Part shown: in pieces, positions 8,355 through 17,583 of the stretch
How positions within the stretch are numbered: position 1 is the first letter of the stretch
Layout: every line of letters starts with the position of its first letter
Source of the DNA: a virus
Taxonomy: Duplodnaviria; Heunggongvirae; Uroviricota; Caudoviricetes
Direction: 5' to 3' (one strand)
DNA: 36,299 bases
Virus record (IMG/VR): IMGVR_UViG_2657245570_000017
Coordinates: 1-36,299 of that record
Position numbers and translations under genes: made by a program
Notes under the pieces: generated by a model
What the model was told of the DNA's origin: nothing
Seen by the model: only the letters and a program-made list of their open reading frames with translations
Database searches by the model: none

Positions 8355-9314
8355 ATGAAAATTTGTATCGATGACGGCTCCACCAACATCAAGCTGGCAT
8401 GGACTGAGAACGGCGAACGCCGCAACGCCATCAGCCCGAACAGCTTCAAGTCGGAATGGTCTGCGCCGTTCGGTGGCACGCAGCCCGCGAACTACATGCT
8501 TGATGGCGTGCGCTATGGTTTTGATCCGGTCAGCGATCGCTTTGTCCAGACGACCGACACGCAATACCAGTACAGCGATGTGAATGTCATTGCCATTCAT
8601 CACGCGCTGGTCAAATCAGGCATCACACCACAGGAAGTGGATGTGGTTGTCACCCTGCCACTGAGCGAATATTTCGACACAAACGCACAGCCGGACATGG
8701 CCAACATCAACCGCAAAAAAGCAAACGTCATGCGCCCGGTGGCGTACCAGAACGGAAAAGCATTCACTATCCGTAACGTACGGGTTATGCCTGAATCCAT
8801 TCCGGCTGGTTTTAAAGCACTGGCTGACATGAGTCCGTTTGAATCCCTGCTGATTGTGGATTTAGGCGGAACCACGCTGGATGTGGCAAAGGTTCAGGGA
8901 CAACTGGCAGGTATCAGCCAGGTGTTTTGCGATCCACACGTAGGCGTTTCCCTGATGGCCGATGCCGTACTGTCGGTGATGGCCACTAACGGTATGCGCA
9001 CCAGTCACCACATCGCCAATACCATTATCGAACATCGCCATGATGAAGCCTGGCTGCGCCAGCACATCCACAATGACGCGCATTACGCCAGCCTGATGGC
9101 GGTTATTCGTGAAAAGGAAGAAACACTGAAACAACGCGTGATCCGCGCGCTGGCGGTTTTTTCGGGTTACGGGCGGGTGATGGTTGTCGGTGGCGGGGCG
9201 GAGATTGTGGCACCCGCTATCCGCGAAGCCTGCGGAGTTAATGCGACTTTCATCGCGGACGGGGTGCCACAATTTGCTCTGGTTAATGGGCTGTACGCAA
9301 TGAACAAGGAGTAA
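8355..9314 (+). CDS. parM: Actin-like segregation ATPase, ParM/StbA family
   Basis: 319 aa; MKICIDDGSTNIKLAW, ISPNSFK, YSDVNVIAIHHAL, MPESIPAG, LIVDLGGTTLD, VVGGGAE and LVNGLY are collinear with R1 ParM as recalled; AAGGA RBS. Confidence 0.8.
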   Translation: MKICIDDGSTNIKLAWTENGERRNAISPNSFKSEWSAPFGGTQPANYMLDGVRYGFDPVSDRFVQTTDTQYQYSDVNVIAIHHALVKSGITPQEVDVVVTLPLSEYFDTNAQPDMANINRKKANVMRPVAYQNGKAFTIRNVRVMPESIPAGFKALADMSPFESLLIVDLGGTTLDVAKVQGQLAGISQVFCDPHVGVSLMADAVLSVMATNGMRTSHHIANTIIEHRHDEAWLRQHIHNDAHYASLMAVIREKEETLKQRVIRALAVFSGYGRVMVVGGGAEIVAPAIREACGVNATFIADGVPQFALVNGLYAMNKE

Positions 9315-9318
9315 ACCA

Positions 9319-9630
9319 ATGACGACACCAACCAGAAGAATAAGTTTCTATCTGAAGCCAGCTGCCGTCAAGAACGAAGGAGAAGCATGCGCCTGGCTGG
9401 ACAGTCTTACACCAGAAGCCCGCAAAAGCGGCCAACGCGTGGCTTTTCTGGCCGGGCTGGCACTTCTGAAGACGAATCCGGCAGAGGCTTACCGACTGGC
9501 CGCATGGGCTGATGATGAGATGTTACCTGTGACACAAATCAGCTCAAAAAAGTTTGAAGCACAGTCTGCACCAGTGGCTAAGATAACCAGCCAGATGGCT
9601 GGGAATATCCGGGCGTTATTTCCTGAGTAA
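9319..9630 (+). CDS. ParR/StbB-like centromere-binding adaptor (putative)
   Basis: 103 aa, 4 bp after the parM-like gene, AAGGAG RBS; N-terminal region ISFYLKP...RVAFLAGLALLK resembles ParR; sits at the parR position. Confidence 0.5.
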   Translation: MTTPTRRISFYLKPAAVKNEGEACAWLDSLTPEARKSGQRVAFLAGLALLKTNPAEAYRLAAWADDEMLPVTQISSKKFEAQSAPVAKITSQMAGNIRALFPE

Positions 9631-9758
9631 AAGCATCTGCGCGAAAAATGCTCACGTTTATAGAGACAGTATCATTCCATTTGGCACACTTACTTCAATA
9701 ATCGATCTGTTAAACAAATAGATTGTCTATTATCTATCGATTAAAACGATCAATTATC

Positions 9759-9786
9759 TTGACAGTAATGTGCCTTTTTGTAAGAT
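9759..9786 (+). promoter_or_regulatory. Candidate sigma70 promoter with GATC in the -10
   Basis: TTGACA(9759-9764)-16 nt-TAAGAT(9781-9786); GATC at 9784-9787 overlaps the -10; two more GATC upstream at 9704 and 9748. Confidence 0.5.
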
Positions 9787-9835
9787 CGTTCGCATTGTGA
9801 GCGACAAGATAATTGCGCGGCATTGTCCATGCAAA

Positions 9836-9865
9836 ACGCCCCAATAGCAGCAACTATTGGGGCGT
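9836..9865. other. Perfect 12-bp stem hairpin in leader
   Basis: ACGCCCCAATAG-CAGCAA-CTATTGGGGCGT; a short T-run follows only on the minus strand. Confidence 0.6.
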
Positions 9866-9994
9866 AAAACTCGGTCGGACTCACTTAACCTGATATGCGT
9901 GCCTTCCGAAGTAAATCAAAATGTGCGTCGTATATTTTATTGCTTACACGCACCTCTGTAAAGGCACGCATATTTTTCCTATGAGGTAAATAAA

Positions 9995-10264
9995 GTGCGG
10001 GCTAAAACAGGTATTTGCAAGAACCCTCATCGTTATAATCCAACATTTCTGTCTCTCCCTGAATATCAAGGACAAGAAGGTCGGCACAAATGCGCTGCCT
10101 GTGCTTTTGAGCTAGGCATAAAAGATGCGCTTGAAGGACGCGCTATGGCTCAGAATGATTTAGTTTTAGCTAACATTCCGTTTAGCCAGGCTGGAACTGT
10201 AAGGCACAGAGATGCCTATGAAGCATATGTTCGTGGTTGGCGATTAATACACAGCAACAATTGA
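9995..10264 (+). CDS. Orphan hypothetical protein (89 aa), moron-like
   Basis: GTG start with GAGG RBS 8 nt upstream; own promoter and terminator; AT-rich context; no family recognised. Confidence 0.55.
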   Translation: MRAKTGICKNPHRYNPTFLSLPEYQGQEGRHKCAACAFELGIKDALEGRAMAQNDLVLANIPFSQAGTVRHRDAYEAYVRGWRLIHSNN

Positions 10265-10273
10265 TACTTTTGA

Positions 10274-10297
10274 AGCGCCGATAAGGCGCTTTTTTTG
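10274..10297 (+). terminator. Rho-independent terminator
   Basis: AGCGCC-GATAA-GGCGCT followed by T6. Confidence 0.75.
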
Positions 10298-10379
10298 TTT
10301 GCACGATAGTGCACAAGTTTGCACAATTTTTTTGAACGACTTTTTGTACTTCCGGCCCGCGTGGTGGCTGGATCCGTCA

Positions 10380-10620
10380 AGGATCCGTACGTGCACAAAA
10401 AAACGCGTTTTTTCTGCGCGCAGGTGACGGGGGAACAGCCCGCGTTTCAGGGGGTAAATAGCATCCCCTGAACGATGTCGCAGCAACACAACAGAATGGC
10501 TGTATTTCTCACGCTGAGCGTGAAAAAGACGTGAGGGCTTTTGATTTGATGGGGTGGCAGATAAGGCCGTCAAAATCGCACTGAGGCGGCGAGAACATGC
10601 AGTCAGCGCGATGGGATTGC
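10380..10620. other. Putative cos packaging region
   Basis: Non-coding interval 3' of the portal gene, as in P2; palindrome AAAAAAACGCGTTTTTT (10396-10412); GGATCCGT direct repeat; G-rich GGTGACGGGGGAACAGCC (10423-10440) and GAGGCGGCGAG (about 10590) loosely resemble the P2/186 cohesive-end sequence as recalled. Confidence 0.35.
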
Positions 10621-10698
10621 GTAAGAGCCTGACCGTCGATGATGGCAATAAGCTGGAAGACGTCGTGAAATTATCTGATTGATACAGGAGCTGGAGAG

Positions 10699-10723
10699 TC
10701 GGGGCATAAATTTTTTATGCCCC
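10699..10723. other. Hairpin downstream of the portal gene
   Basis: GGGGCATA-loop-TATGCCCC 8-bp stem; no clean T-run on either strand. Confidence 0.4.
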
Positions 10724-10750
10724 GGCGAAGCAGCAGACAAGCGAAGCGCG

Positions 10751-11797
10751 TCAGGATGTGGGCTGGGTGTCCAGCAGTGCGTAAGGGTTAAAGCGGATCA
10801 CCTCTTCGCCAAGCCAGTCATTGATGTGCTTCATAGCCTCCATGACGGGCATCAGCTCGTTAATTGCGTAAACCCGCGCGGCCTTCTCCACATCACCAAA
10901 CGCACTTTTTTCGCCCGGCATTGCCCCCATCAGTTGCGGCGGAACGCGGTGCGCAGCCAGCACATCATCACGGGATGCCGCCTTAACATTCATGAACTCA
11001 TCCTTTGCGGTGATCTGCTGGAACGGCAAAATTTGCACCCCCTCTTTGCCCCCGTTGGGCGCGTGGATGAGCACGTTTTTAAACGCACCACCACCACGCG
11101 CACCCTGTAACGTTTCTTTCAGGGAGTCCATGCTTTCGCGGTTTACCTGCGCTGCACCGATGTAGATGATGCACCCGGCGTGGGATCCGTTGTCGTAATA
11201 CAGTTTTCTGAACATGTCCGCCGAATGAGACAGGCTGGCCGAGAGTAATGCGCCAAGATATTCCGGCATGCCGTAAATTTCCTGGTTAATGTCCGGATTC
11301 ATCAGGTGGCACACTTTGCCAGGGCGAAACTGAAACGCGTCCTTGCCATCCTGCACATACCACCATGATTCAAGATCGCTTCCGCGTCGCATGTATTTCG
11401 CCAGTGCGTGCCGTAATTTAAGTGGTTCGCCGAGCATATTGCTCCGAAGCTCAAGGAATGCGTTACCGAACACAAACCAGTCCAGCGCCAGCGCCGAGAA
11501 ATCCTGCCGGGAAAGCAGCGGGTGCGGGATGTAGCAACCGAGCAATACATTGCGCTTAAAGTAAAGCGCAGACTGATGCCAGGACGTTTGCCGGGCGGCT
11601 CTTGCCAGACCGTACCAGTCCACCGGGGTTTCATACCACCGCCCGTTATCAGCACAGTACATATTGTCCAGCAGGTCATGCCCGGTCAGGCGATAAGGAC
11701 CATCAAATGTGAATGCACTGAGCGATGATTCTTTCCTGAGCGCATCAGCGAGATCAATGCGTGAACTCATGCGCACTTTTTTATTTTTTCTGCTCAT
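10751..11797 (-). CDS. Q: Portal protein, P2 gpQ-like
   Basis: 348 aa, leftward, overlaps the terminase gene stop; size and position match gpQ. Confidence 0.8.
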   Translation of the reverse strand: MSRKNKKVRMSSRIDLADALRKESSLSAFTFDGPYRLTGHDLLDNMYCADNGRWYETPVDWYGLARAARQTSWHQSALYFKRNVLLGCYIPHPLLSRQDFSALALDWFVFGNAFLELRSNMLGEPLKLRHALAKYMRRGSDLESWWYVQDGKDAFQFRPGKVCHLMNPDINQEIYGMPEYLGALLSASLSHSADMFRKLYYDNGSHAGCIIYIGAAQVNRESMDSLKETLQGARGGGAFKNVLIHAPNGGKEGVQILPFQQITAKDEFMNVKAASRDDVLAAHRVPPQLMGAMPGEKSAFGDVEKAARVYAINELMPVMEAMKHINDWLGEEVIRFNPYALLDTQPTS

Positions 11798-13548
11798 CAG
11801 AACTCCATAACCGTGAAACGCTCGTTTTCTCCTTCGCCGCCAATTGGTTCGTTAATGACAGCAAGCATGGTTGCCCACGCAAGGTCGCCGTGGCTGATCC
11901 CCCTCGCGCGGTCCGTTTCGTAAGTGATAAAGCCGCCCGGTGTTTTCACCTTACGCACGGCGTTAAAGGCCGCGACCAGCTCGCGTTCGGCGCGATCGTA
12001 TTCCCACCGTCCGGCACGCATTATTTGCAGCATTTTCAGTACCAGCGACCGTTTGGATGACAGCGTGAAGGTGTACGGAATAGCAGCAGGGAAAAACCGC
12101 TTCACTATCTGATAAACAGCCTCCCCGTTCCCGCCCGTCACATCAATGCCGATGTGTTCCACGTTGTAGCGACACGTGAACTCTTCAATGACTCTGGCCT
12201 GTTCTTCAAACTCCAGCCCCTGAACGCGTCGCGTCTCCACCGTTCGAAAACGGCCACCAGGAACAGCCGGAGGAACCACCACGGACACAGCGCCGCTGTC
12301 GCCGTTGCCACTGCTGCCGTTTGCGTCATACCCAATCCATACCGGACGATTCCCCATCGGGCGGGGAGCAAAAGGTTTCCAGTCTTTCCAGTCGTCGTAT
12401 CCGTCAACACCGCAGCCAATCAGGATATTCAGGTTAAATGCCGATTCCCCTTCGCGGACAAACTCACACATATAGAGATTGCGGAACTCGTCTTCGGTGT
12501 TTTCATCACGAATTTCGTCAATATCGGTGTGTTTCCAGCCGTGATTAACCACATCTTCCAGCGTGACAATTTGCCGCCACGTCCGGTCAGGGCAGATAAG
12601 CCCGTTATGCAGCGTTTTCCAGTCCACAGAAAAACGCTGGCGTTTATGCGTGGCCTTTTTCTCGTTCCAGCGGTCGCCGTTCCAGTAGGCGTATGCCTCG
12701 TGCGTTTCGGTGGATGGCGTGGAGAAGTAGGTGCGCCGCAGTCCGCTGAGGGTTGCCATAGCGCCAGCCACCTTGCGCAGTTCAGCAAAGCGGCTGACCC
12801 AGAAAAATTCATCAAAATAAAAATTGCCCGTGTAGGACTGTGCCGTCGCAGCAGAAGTACCAAGAAAATGCAGCTCTGCACCGTTGGAGAGGATGATTTT
12901 ATCGCCCCCTTTCAGCTCCACATCAACTTCAGATGCAGCCTTCTGAATAATGCTTTTAAACTGGAACGCCTGACGACGCGACGCAGACAAAAAAATCTGG
13001 TTACGCTGGTAAGGTTGTGCCACATCGTCACGCAGTGCCATCAGCAGTGCTTCCTGTGCAAAATACCAGGTCGCCCCAATCTGTCGGGATTTCAGGATCA
13101 TCCTGTTACGTATCCCGGCTTCCCTGCAAAGGGTCAGAGAGTCAAACCAGCCCCGCTGATGCCACTCCAGCCTGCTGATGATTTTTTCCCGCAGTGCGGC
13201 AATCTGTTCCGGCGTGAAATGATTTTTGAGTTTTTTCGCCCGGCTTTTCTTTCCTGTGGCCGTCGCATCCGGCTGGCCATCATGCAGTTTTTTAAGCTGC
13301 CGGGTCAGCAGGTCTATTTCCTTGAAGTCACCACCTGTTTTATTCTGTTTTTCAGTAAGCTGGATGAGGCGCGCATCGATGGACTGCGTGACACGCTGCA
13401 CGGGTGGTGTTTCATCCCACTGGTCGCGTTTTTTCCACGCATAAATCGTGTTCGGGTTTATTCCCATCAGACGTGATATTTCTGCGGGCGGATAACCCTG
13501 CCAGTAAAGTTGCCGCGCACGCTGGCGCACAAAAGCGTCCTGAATCAT
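11797..13548 (-). CDS. P: Terminase large (ATPase) subunit, P2 gpP-like
   Basis: 583 aa, leftward, divergent from the capsid operon. Confidence 0.8.
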   Translation of the reverse strand: MIQDAFVRQRARQLYWQGYPPAEISRLMGINPNTIYAWKKRDQWDETPPVQRVTQSIDARLIQLTEKQNKTGGDFKEIDLLTRQLKKLHDGQPDATATGKKSRAKKLKNHFTPEQIAALREKIISRLEWHQRGWFDSLTLCREAGIRNRMILKSRQIGATWYFAQEALLMALRDDVAQPYQRNQIFLSASRRQAFQFKSIIQKAASEVDVELKGGDKIILSNGAELHFLGTSAATAQSYTGNFYFDEFFWVSRFAELRKVAGAMATLSGLRRTYFSTPSTETHEAYAYWNGDRWNEKKATHKRQRFSVDWKTLHNGLICPDRTWRQIVTLEDVVNHGWKHTDIDEIRDENTEDEFRNLYMCEFVREGESAFNLNILIGCGVDGYDDWKDWKPFAPRPMGNRPVWIGYDANGSSGNGDSGAVSVVVPPAVPGGRFRTVETRRVQGLEFEEQARVIEEFTCRYNVEHIGIDVTGGNGEAVYQIVKRFFPAAIPYTFTLSSKRSLVLKMLQIMRAGRWEYDRAERELVAAFNAVRKVKTPGGFITYETDRARGISHGDLAWATMLAVINEPIGGEGENERFTVMEF

Positions 13549-13702
13549 TGCTCCCCCTGAGTAATTACAGGAAGATTACCCGCGCGCGAAACCGTTCTCC
13601 TTAACCCCCTGTTCTGGCCGTTTTCTTACAACAAAAGCCCTTTGTATCAGCCTGTTACGCTTTGCCATCATGACTGAAGAACCAGTCAGAGGGGCAAAAA
13701 CT

Positions 13703-14539
13703 ATGACTAATGAAAAAAAGACATCCCGCAAAAAGTTTCGCGTGGCTGTCTCCGGTGTGACGGCAGACGGGCGCGAAATCAACGGCGACATGCTGAAAGC
13801 TGCCGCCACCAGTTATAACCCGTCCGTTTATGGTGCACGTGTGAATATTGAGCACATCCTGTCACCACTCCCCGGCAGCGAGTTTTCCGCTATGGGCGAT
13901 GTTGTGGGGTTGAGCACCGAAGACATAACCGATGGCCCGCTGGCAGGCCGCACGGCACTGTATGCCGAAATTGAGCCGACCGCTCGCATGATGTCCCTGC
14001 TTAACGATGGTAAAAAAATTTACTCCAGTATTGAGCTGGAACCACAGTCAACCATCACGGGAGGCCCTTACCTGCGCGGGCTGGCAATGACCGACACCCC
14101 CGCCAGCCTGGGCACGGAACGTCTGGCCTTTGCGGCACAACAACGTATGCAACTGATGACATTCAACTGTCAGCAGGGAGACGTGGCGATGTTTACCGCC
14201 GCTATGGAGTCAGAACTTATCGAACTCACCGAACAACGTCAGGAAGAAGGCACCCAGTGGTTTAACCGCGTTATGGGGATTATTGGCCGTGGCCGCAAAG
14301 CGGATGACGCCAGTTTCTCCCGTATTCAGGAAGCGCTGGAAGGTGTCGCAACATCACAGGCCGACATTATCGACCGTTTTAATGCACTGGAAACCCGCCA
14401 TCAGCAGGACAGCCAGAAAATCACTTCGCTGACCACAGAGCTGACAGCACTGAAGGAAAAACTGCGCACGCAGGACGGCGATCCGCAGAACCGGTTCACC
14501 GCAACGGGCGCAGCCTCCGACCAGCTGGCTGACTTCTGA
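13703..14539 (+). CDS. O: Capsid scaffolding protein, gpO-like
   Basis: ATG at 13703 with GAGGGG RBS; KKFRVAVSGVTADGREINGDMLKAAATSYNPSVYGARVNIEHI matches the gpO N-terminus as recalled. Confidence 0.85.
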   Translation: MTNEKKTSRKKFRVAVSGVTADGREINGDMLKAAATSYNPSVYGARVNIEHILSPLPGSEFSAMGDVVGLSTEDITDGPLAGRTALYAEIEPTARMMSLLNDGKKIYSSIELEPQSTITGGPYLRGLAMTDTPASLGTERLAFAAQQRMQLMTFNCQQGDVAMFTAAMESELIELTEQRQEEGTQWFNRVMGIIGRGRKADDASFSRIQEALEGVATSQADIIDRFNALETRHQQDSQKITSLTTELTALKEKLRTQDGDPQNRFTATGAASDQLADF

Positions 14540-14562
14540 TAAGACAAAGGAGCAAATTTTTT

Positions 14563-15615
14563 ATGAATCTGGTGATGTCAGATAATGCCCGTAACAAGCT
14601 GGGCTGCTACATGACGCGACAGGCGTCGATTAACAATATCCCGGTTTCTGGACTGGTATCGCGATTTACCGTGGAACCCGCGGTGCAGCAGCGTTTTGAA
14701 AACGCCTCAAAGGATAGCACCGAACTTACAAAAAAAATTAACGTGATCGGTGTGACCGACCAGAAAGGCGAAAAAGTCCTCATGGACACCACCGGGCCGA
14801 TTGCGCGCACAAATACCAGTTATGACGGCACAGATCGCCGCAACCCGATTAACGCTGTCGACCTGAAGTCCCGTCAGTACCAGTGTGAGCAGGTGAACTA
14901 CGACACGTTTATTTCGTATCCGCAGCTTGATGCCTGGGCGGCGCACAATGACTTCCAGACCCGCATCAGCGCACAGATTGCCCGACAGGTGGCGCTTGAC
15001 CGCATCATGATCGGCTTTAACGGCACGTCACACGCGGAAAAATCCAACTTCAGCACCAACAAGCTGCTTCAGGACGTTAACGTGGGGTGGCTGGAGCACA
15101 TCAGAACCAATGCCAGCGCGCGCGTAATGAATGACGTGACGCTGACCTCCCGCAACATGGACAACACCGTGGCGCACGCGGGTAAGTATGCGAATGCTGA
15201 TGCACTGGTTCAGGACGCACGCTCATCCCTGCTGGATGAATGGCACAAGGAAGCTGACGACCTCGTGGTGATTATGGGGCGCAACCTGTTTAACTCGCTG
15301 CGTCTGCCCGTGCTGAACAGCATCAGCGGCCAGAATCCCAATGCGGAATTACTCGCCGGGCAGCTCATCCTGTCATCGCGCACCATTGGCGGGCTGGGTG
15401 TGTTCCTTGCGCCGTTCTTCCCGGATGCAACGATGCTGATCACCTCGTTCAACAACCTGTCGATTTACTGGCAGAAAGGTTCAATGCGTCGCCTGATGAA
15501 AGACGAGCCGGAATACAACCGCATCGCCACCTACCAGTCCATCAATGACGCTTATGTCGTTGAAGACTATGGCAAGTGCGCGATGGTCACTGGCCTGAAG
15601 TTCGCCGACAGCTAA
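14563..15615 (+). CDS. N: Major capsid protein, gpN-like
   Basis: 350 aa; VGWLEHIR, LSIYWQ and DAYVVEDYG segments match P2 gpN as recalled. Confidence 0.9.
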   Translation: MNLVMSDNARNKLGCYMTRQASINNIPVSGLVSRFTVEPAVQQRFENASKDSTELTKKINVIGVTDQKGEKVLMDTTGPIARTNTSYDGTDRRNPINAVDLKSRQYQCEQVNYDTFISYPQLDAWAAHNDFQTRISAQIARQVALDRIMIGFNGTSHAEKSNFSTNKLLQDVNVGWLEHIRTNASARVMNDVTLTSRNMDNTVAHAGKYANADALVQDARSSLLDEWHKEADDLVVIMGRNLFNSLRLPVLNSISGQNPNAELLAGQLILSSRTIGGLGVFLAPFFPDATMLITSFNNLSIYWQKGSMRRLMKDEPEYNRIATYQSINDAYVVEDYGKCAMVTGLKFADS

Positions 15616-15660
15616 TCAACTCACGGCGGGCATCATGCCCGCCTGTAACGGAGAGAAACA

Positions 15661-16461
15661 ATGATTACTCCTGCACAGCAACACTGGCAGAACGTGATGG
15701 CACAGCGCGCAGGCCGGGCGAATGAAGGCGTGGACCACGCCGCGCGTACCGCGCATGAAGAGGTGCTGTATCGTCTGCGTCTGGCACAGGCCCGGCTTAA
15801 GGGCGTACAGGCCAGAAGCGCGAAAGCCGCCATCAAAAAAGAGTTGTTGCCGGATTTTTCCGGCTGGATTGAGGGAACGCTGGAGGCTGACGGCGGGCAG
15901 CAGGATGAAGTGATTGCCACGCTGATGGTGTGGGCGATTGACTGCGGCGATCTTCCGCTGGCGTTGCGTATTGGTGCGTATGTGGTCCGTCATAACCTCA
16001 TTATGCCGGATAACTTTGGCCGTACTGCTGCCACAGTGCTGACCGAAGAAATCTGCAACCCGGTACTGACGCAGGCCGGGACGGATGCCGACGCGGATTT
16101 GTCCGCCTTTATCGAACCACTGGATACCCTCCGGGAGATTGTCACCGACCAGGACATGCCGGACGAAGTGCGCGCCAAATTATGCAAGGCGTGCGCCTTT
16201 GCCCGCCGTGGCCTGAGCGATGCGGACAGCATGGCACTGTCACTGAAGCTGCTGCGCGAAGCAATGCACCTGAACCCGAACGCAGGTGTGAAACGCGAGA
16301 TTGCAACCCTTTCCCGCGCCCTGAAAAAAGCCGATTCCGCAGCCGCACCAGAAGACGCCAGCGCACAGCAGGCGCAGGACGAAAGCAGCAAAAGTAAAAA
16401 GACAACGCGGAAGCCTGCAACACGAAAAACCACCGCGACGCAGAAGGCGAAGCGCGGTTAA
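15661..16461 (+). CDS. M: Terminase small/endonuclease subunit, gpM-like
   Basis: 266 aa, basic C-terminal tail, follows N. Confidence 0.75.
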   Translation: MITPAQQHWQNVMAQRAGRANEGVDHAARTAHEEVLYRLRLAQARLKGVQARSAKAAIKKELLPDFSGWIEGTLEADGGQQDEVIATLMVWAIDCGDLPLALRIGAYVVRHNLIMPDNFGRTAATVLTEEICNPVLTQAGTDADADLSAFIEPLDTLREIVTDQDMPDEVRAKLCKACAFARRGLSDADSMALSLKLLREAMHLNPNAGVKREIATLSRALKKADSAAAPEDASAQQAQDESSKSKKTTRKPATRKTTATQKAKRG

Positions 16462-16553
16462 CGACTGACCCCGTCAGCGGGCGGCGTGCGCGGTGTTCCG
16501 GTCTGACTCCGTGACCGTTTACACCGCGCACCCACCGCCCGATTTTTTCAGGA

Positions 16554-17057
16554 GTGAACCCCATGAGTATGGTTGCCAGAACCAACCCCGGACCCGCAGA
16601 GGACGACATCACCGATACCGATGATGGTGATACCCGTATTTCAGCAGGTGCATTCTGGCCGGATATTGTGCTGCGTGAGCTGCGTCTGGCGGTACGACTG
16701 CCGGGGCGCGTGACCACCTCCCGCCTGCTGCATACCGCCACCGGGGCCGTGGCACACGTTACCCGCGAGCTGGAAGCGTGGCAGCAGGAACAGCAGGCGG
16801 CTGGCCATCAGACGCTGGCCGATGTTCCGGCACCCGTAATTAACGGAGAAAGCGTCAATCTCTGGCACTGGCGCAATGCGGTTTACACCGCCACACGCGC
16901 CCTGATTCTGGAGCGTTACCGCGATGCGGACACAACGGACAAGGGCGACCGCCGGGCGGACGCACTGGATATACAGACATCGGATTTGTGGCGCGATGTG
17001 AGCTGGGCCATCTCTGACATTCTGTGCCGCCCGCGAATCTTTGCGGAGTTGTGCTGA
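16554..17057 (+). CDS. L: Head completion protein, gpL-like
   Basis: 167 aa, position and size. Confidence 0.7.
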   Translation: MNPMSMVARTNPGPAEDDITDTDDGDTRISAGAFWPDIVLRELRLAVRLPGRVTTSRLLHTATGAVAHVTRELEAWQQEQQAAGHQTLADVPAPVINGESVNLWHWRNAVYTATRALILERYRDADTTDKGDRRADALDIQTSDLWRDVSWAISDILCRPRIFAELC

Positions 17058-17257
17058 TGAAAGTGAAGGCACTGGAAGGCGACACCGTGGATTCGCTCTG
17101 TTTCCGGTACTACGGCACGACGCAGGGCGTCACCGAAAAGGTGCTGGATGCCAACCCCGGACTCTGTCAGCAGGTATTTCTGGACGCCGGGCAGGAGGTG
17201 GAGATGCCGGAGCCGGAGAAGAAGAAACGAGAAATGATTCAGTTGTGGGGGGAGTAG
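17057..17257 (+). CDS. X: Tail protein X, gpX-like
   Basis: 66 aa from ATG at 17057 overlapping the L stop. Confidence 0.7.
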   Translation: MKVKALEGDTVDSLCFRYYGTTQGVTEKVLDANPGLCQQVFLDAGQEVEMPEPEKKKREMIQLWGE

Positions 17258-17259
17258 CA

Positions 17260-17583
17260 GTGAGCACCATTCAAACAGGGATCACAGAGCAGGTTATTGC
17301 GTGGCTCTTTGACCACCTGCCAACGGTGTATGCAGTAGGCGCGGCGGTCAGCATTTCCGCGCTGATGAGTCTTTATGACGGACGAACACTGGTTCAGACC
17401 GTAACGGGATCGCTGGCGTGCGGCGTTCTTGCCATGGCCGTGGCCGGGTCGTTGCGCTTCTTCGGGTTTCCTGAAGATGCCGTGACGTTTATCGGCGCAT
17501 CAATCGGTTTTATGGGTGCAGAGAAAGCACGCGACAAGGTTATTGCGGCCTTTAATCGCAGGGTGAAGGAGAAGGACGAATGA
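17260..17583 (+). CDS. Y: Holin (putative)
   Basis: 107 aa from GTG at 17260 (GGGGAG RBS); several hydrophobic helices and charged C-terminus; precedes the endolysin. Confidence 0.6.
   Translation: MSTIQTGITEQVIAWLFDHLPTVYAVGAAVSISALMSLYDGRTLVQTVTGSLACGVLAMAVAGSLRFFGFPEDAVTFIGASIGFMGAEKARDKVIAAFNRRVKEKDE

Noticed and set aside
10244-10648. 134-aa minus-strand ORF in the cos-proximal region
   Set aside because: Spans a terminator and palindromes, has no RBS and a low-complexity Arg/Ser-rich translation; more likely non-coding packaging region.
12154-13476. 440-aa plus-strand ORF antisense to the terminase gene
   Set aside because: The opposite strand encodes a full-length terminase large subunit; this is a shadow ORF.
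13549-13702. Ogr-dependent late promoter motif (TGT-N12-ACA as recalled) in the P/O divergent region and upstream of FI
   Set aside because: No exact match found (nearest spacing N15); without a reliable consensus in hand, late promoters are not annotated.
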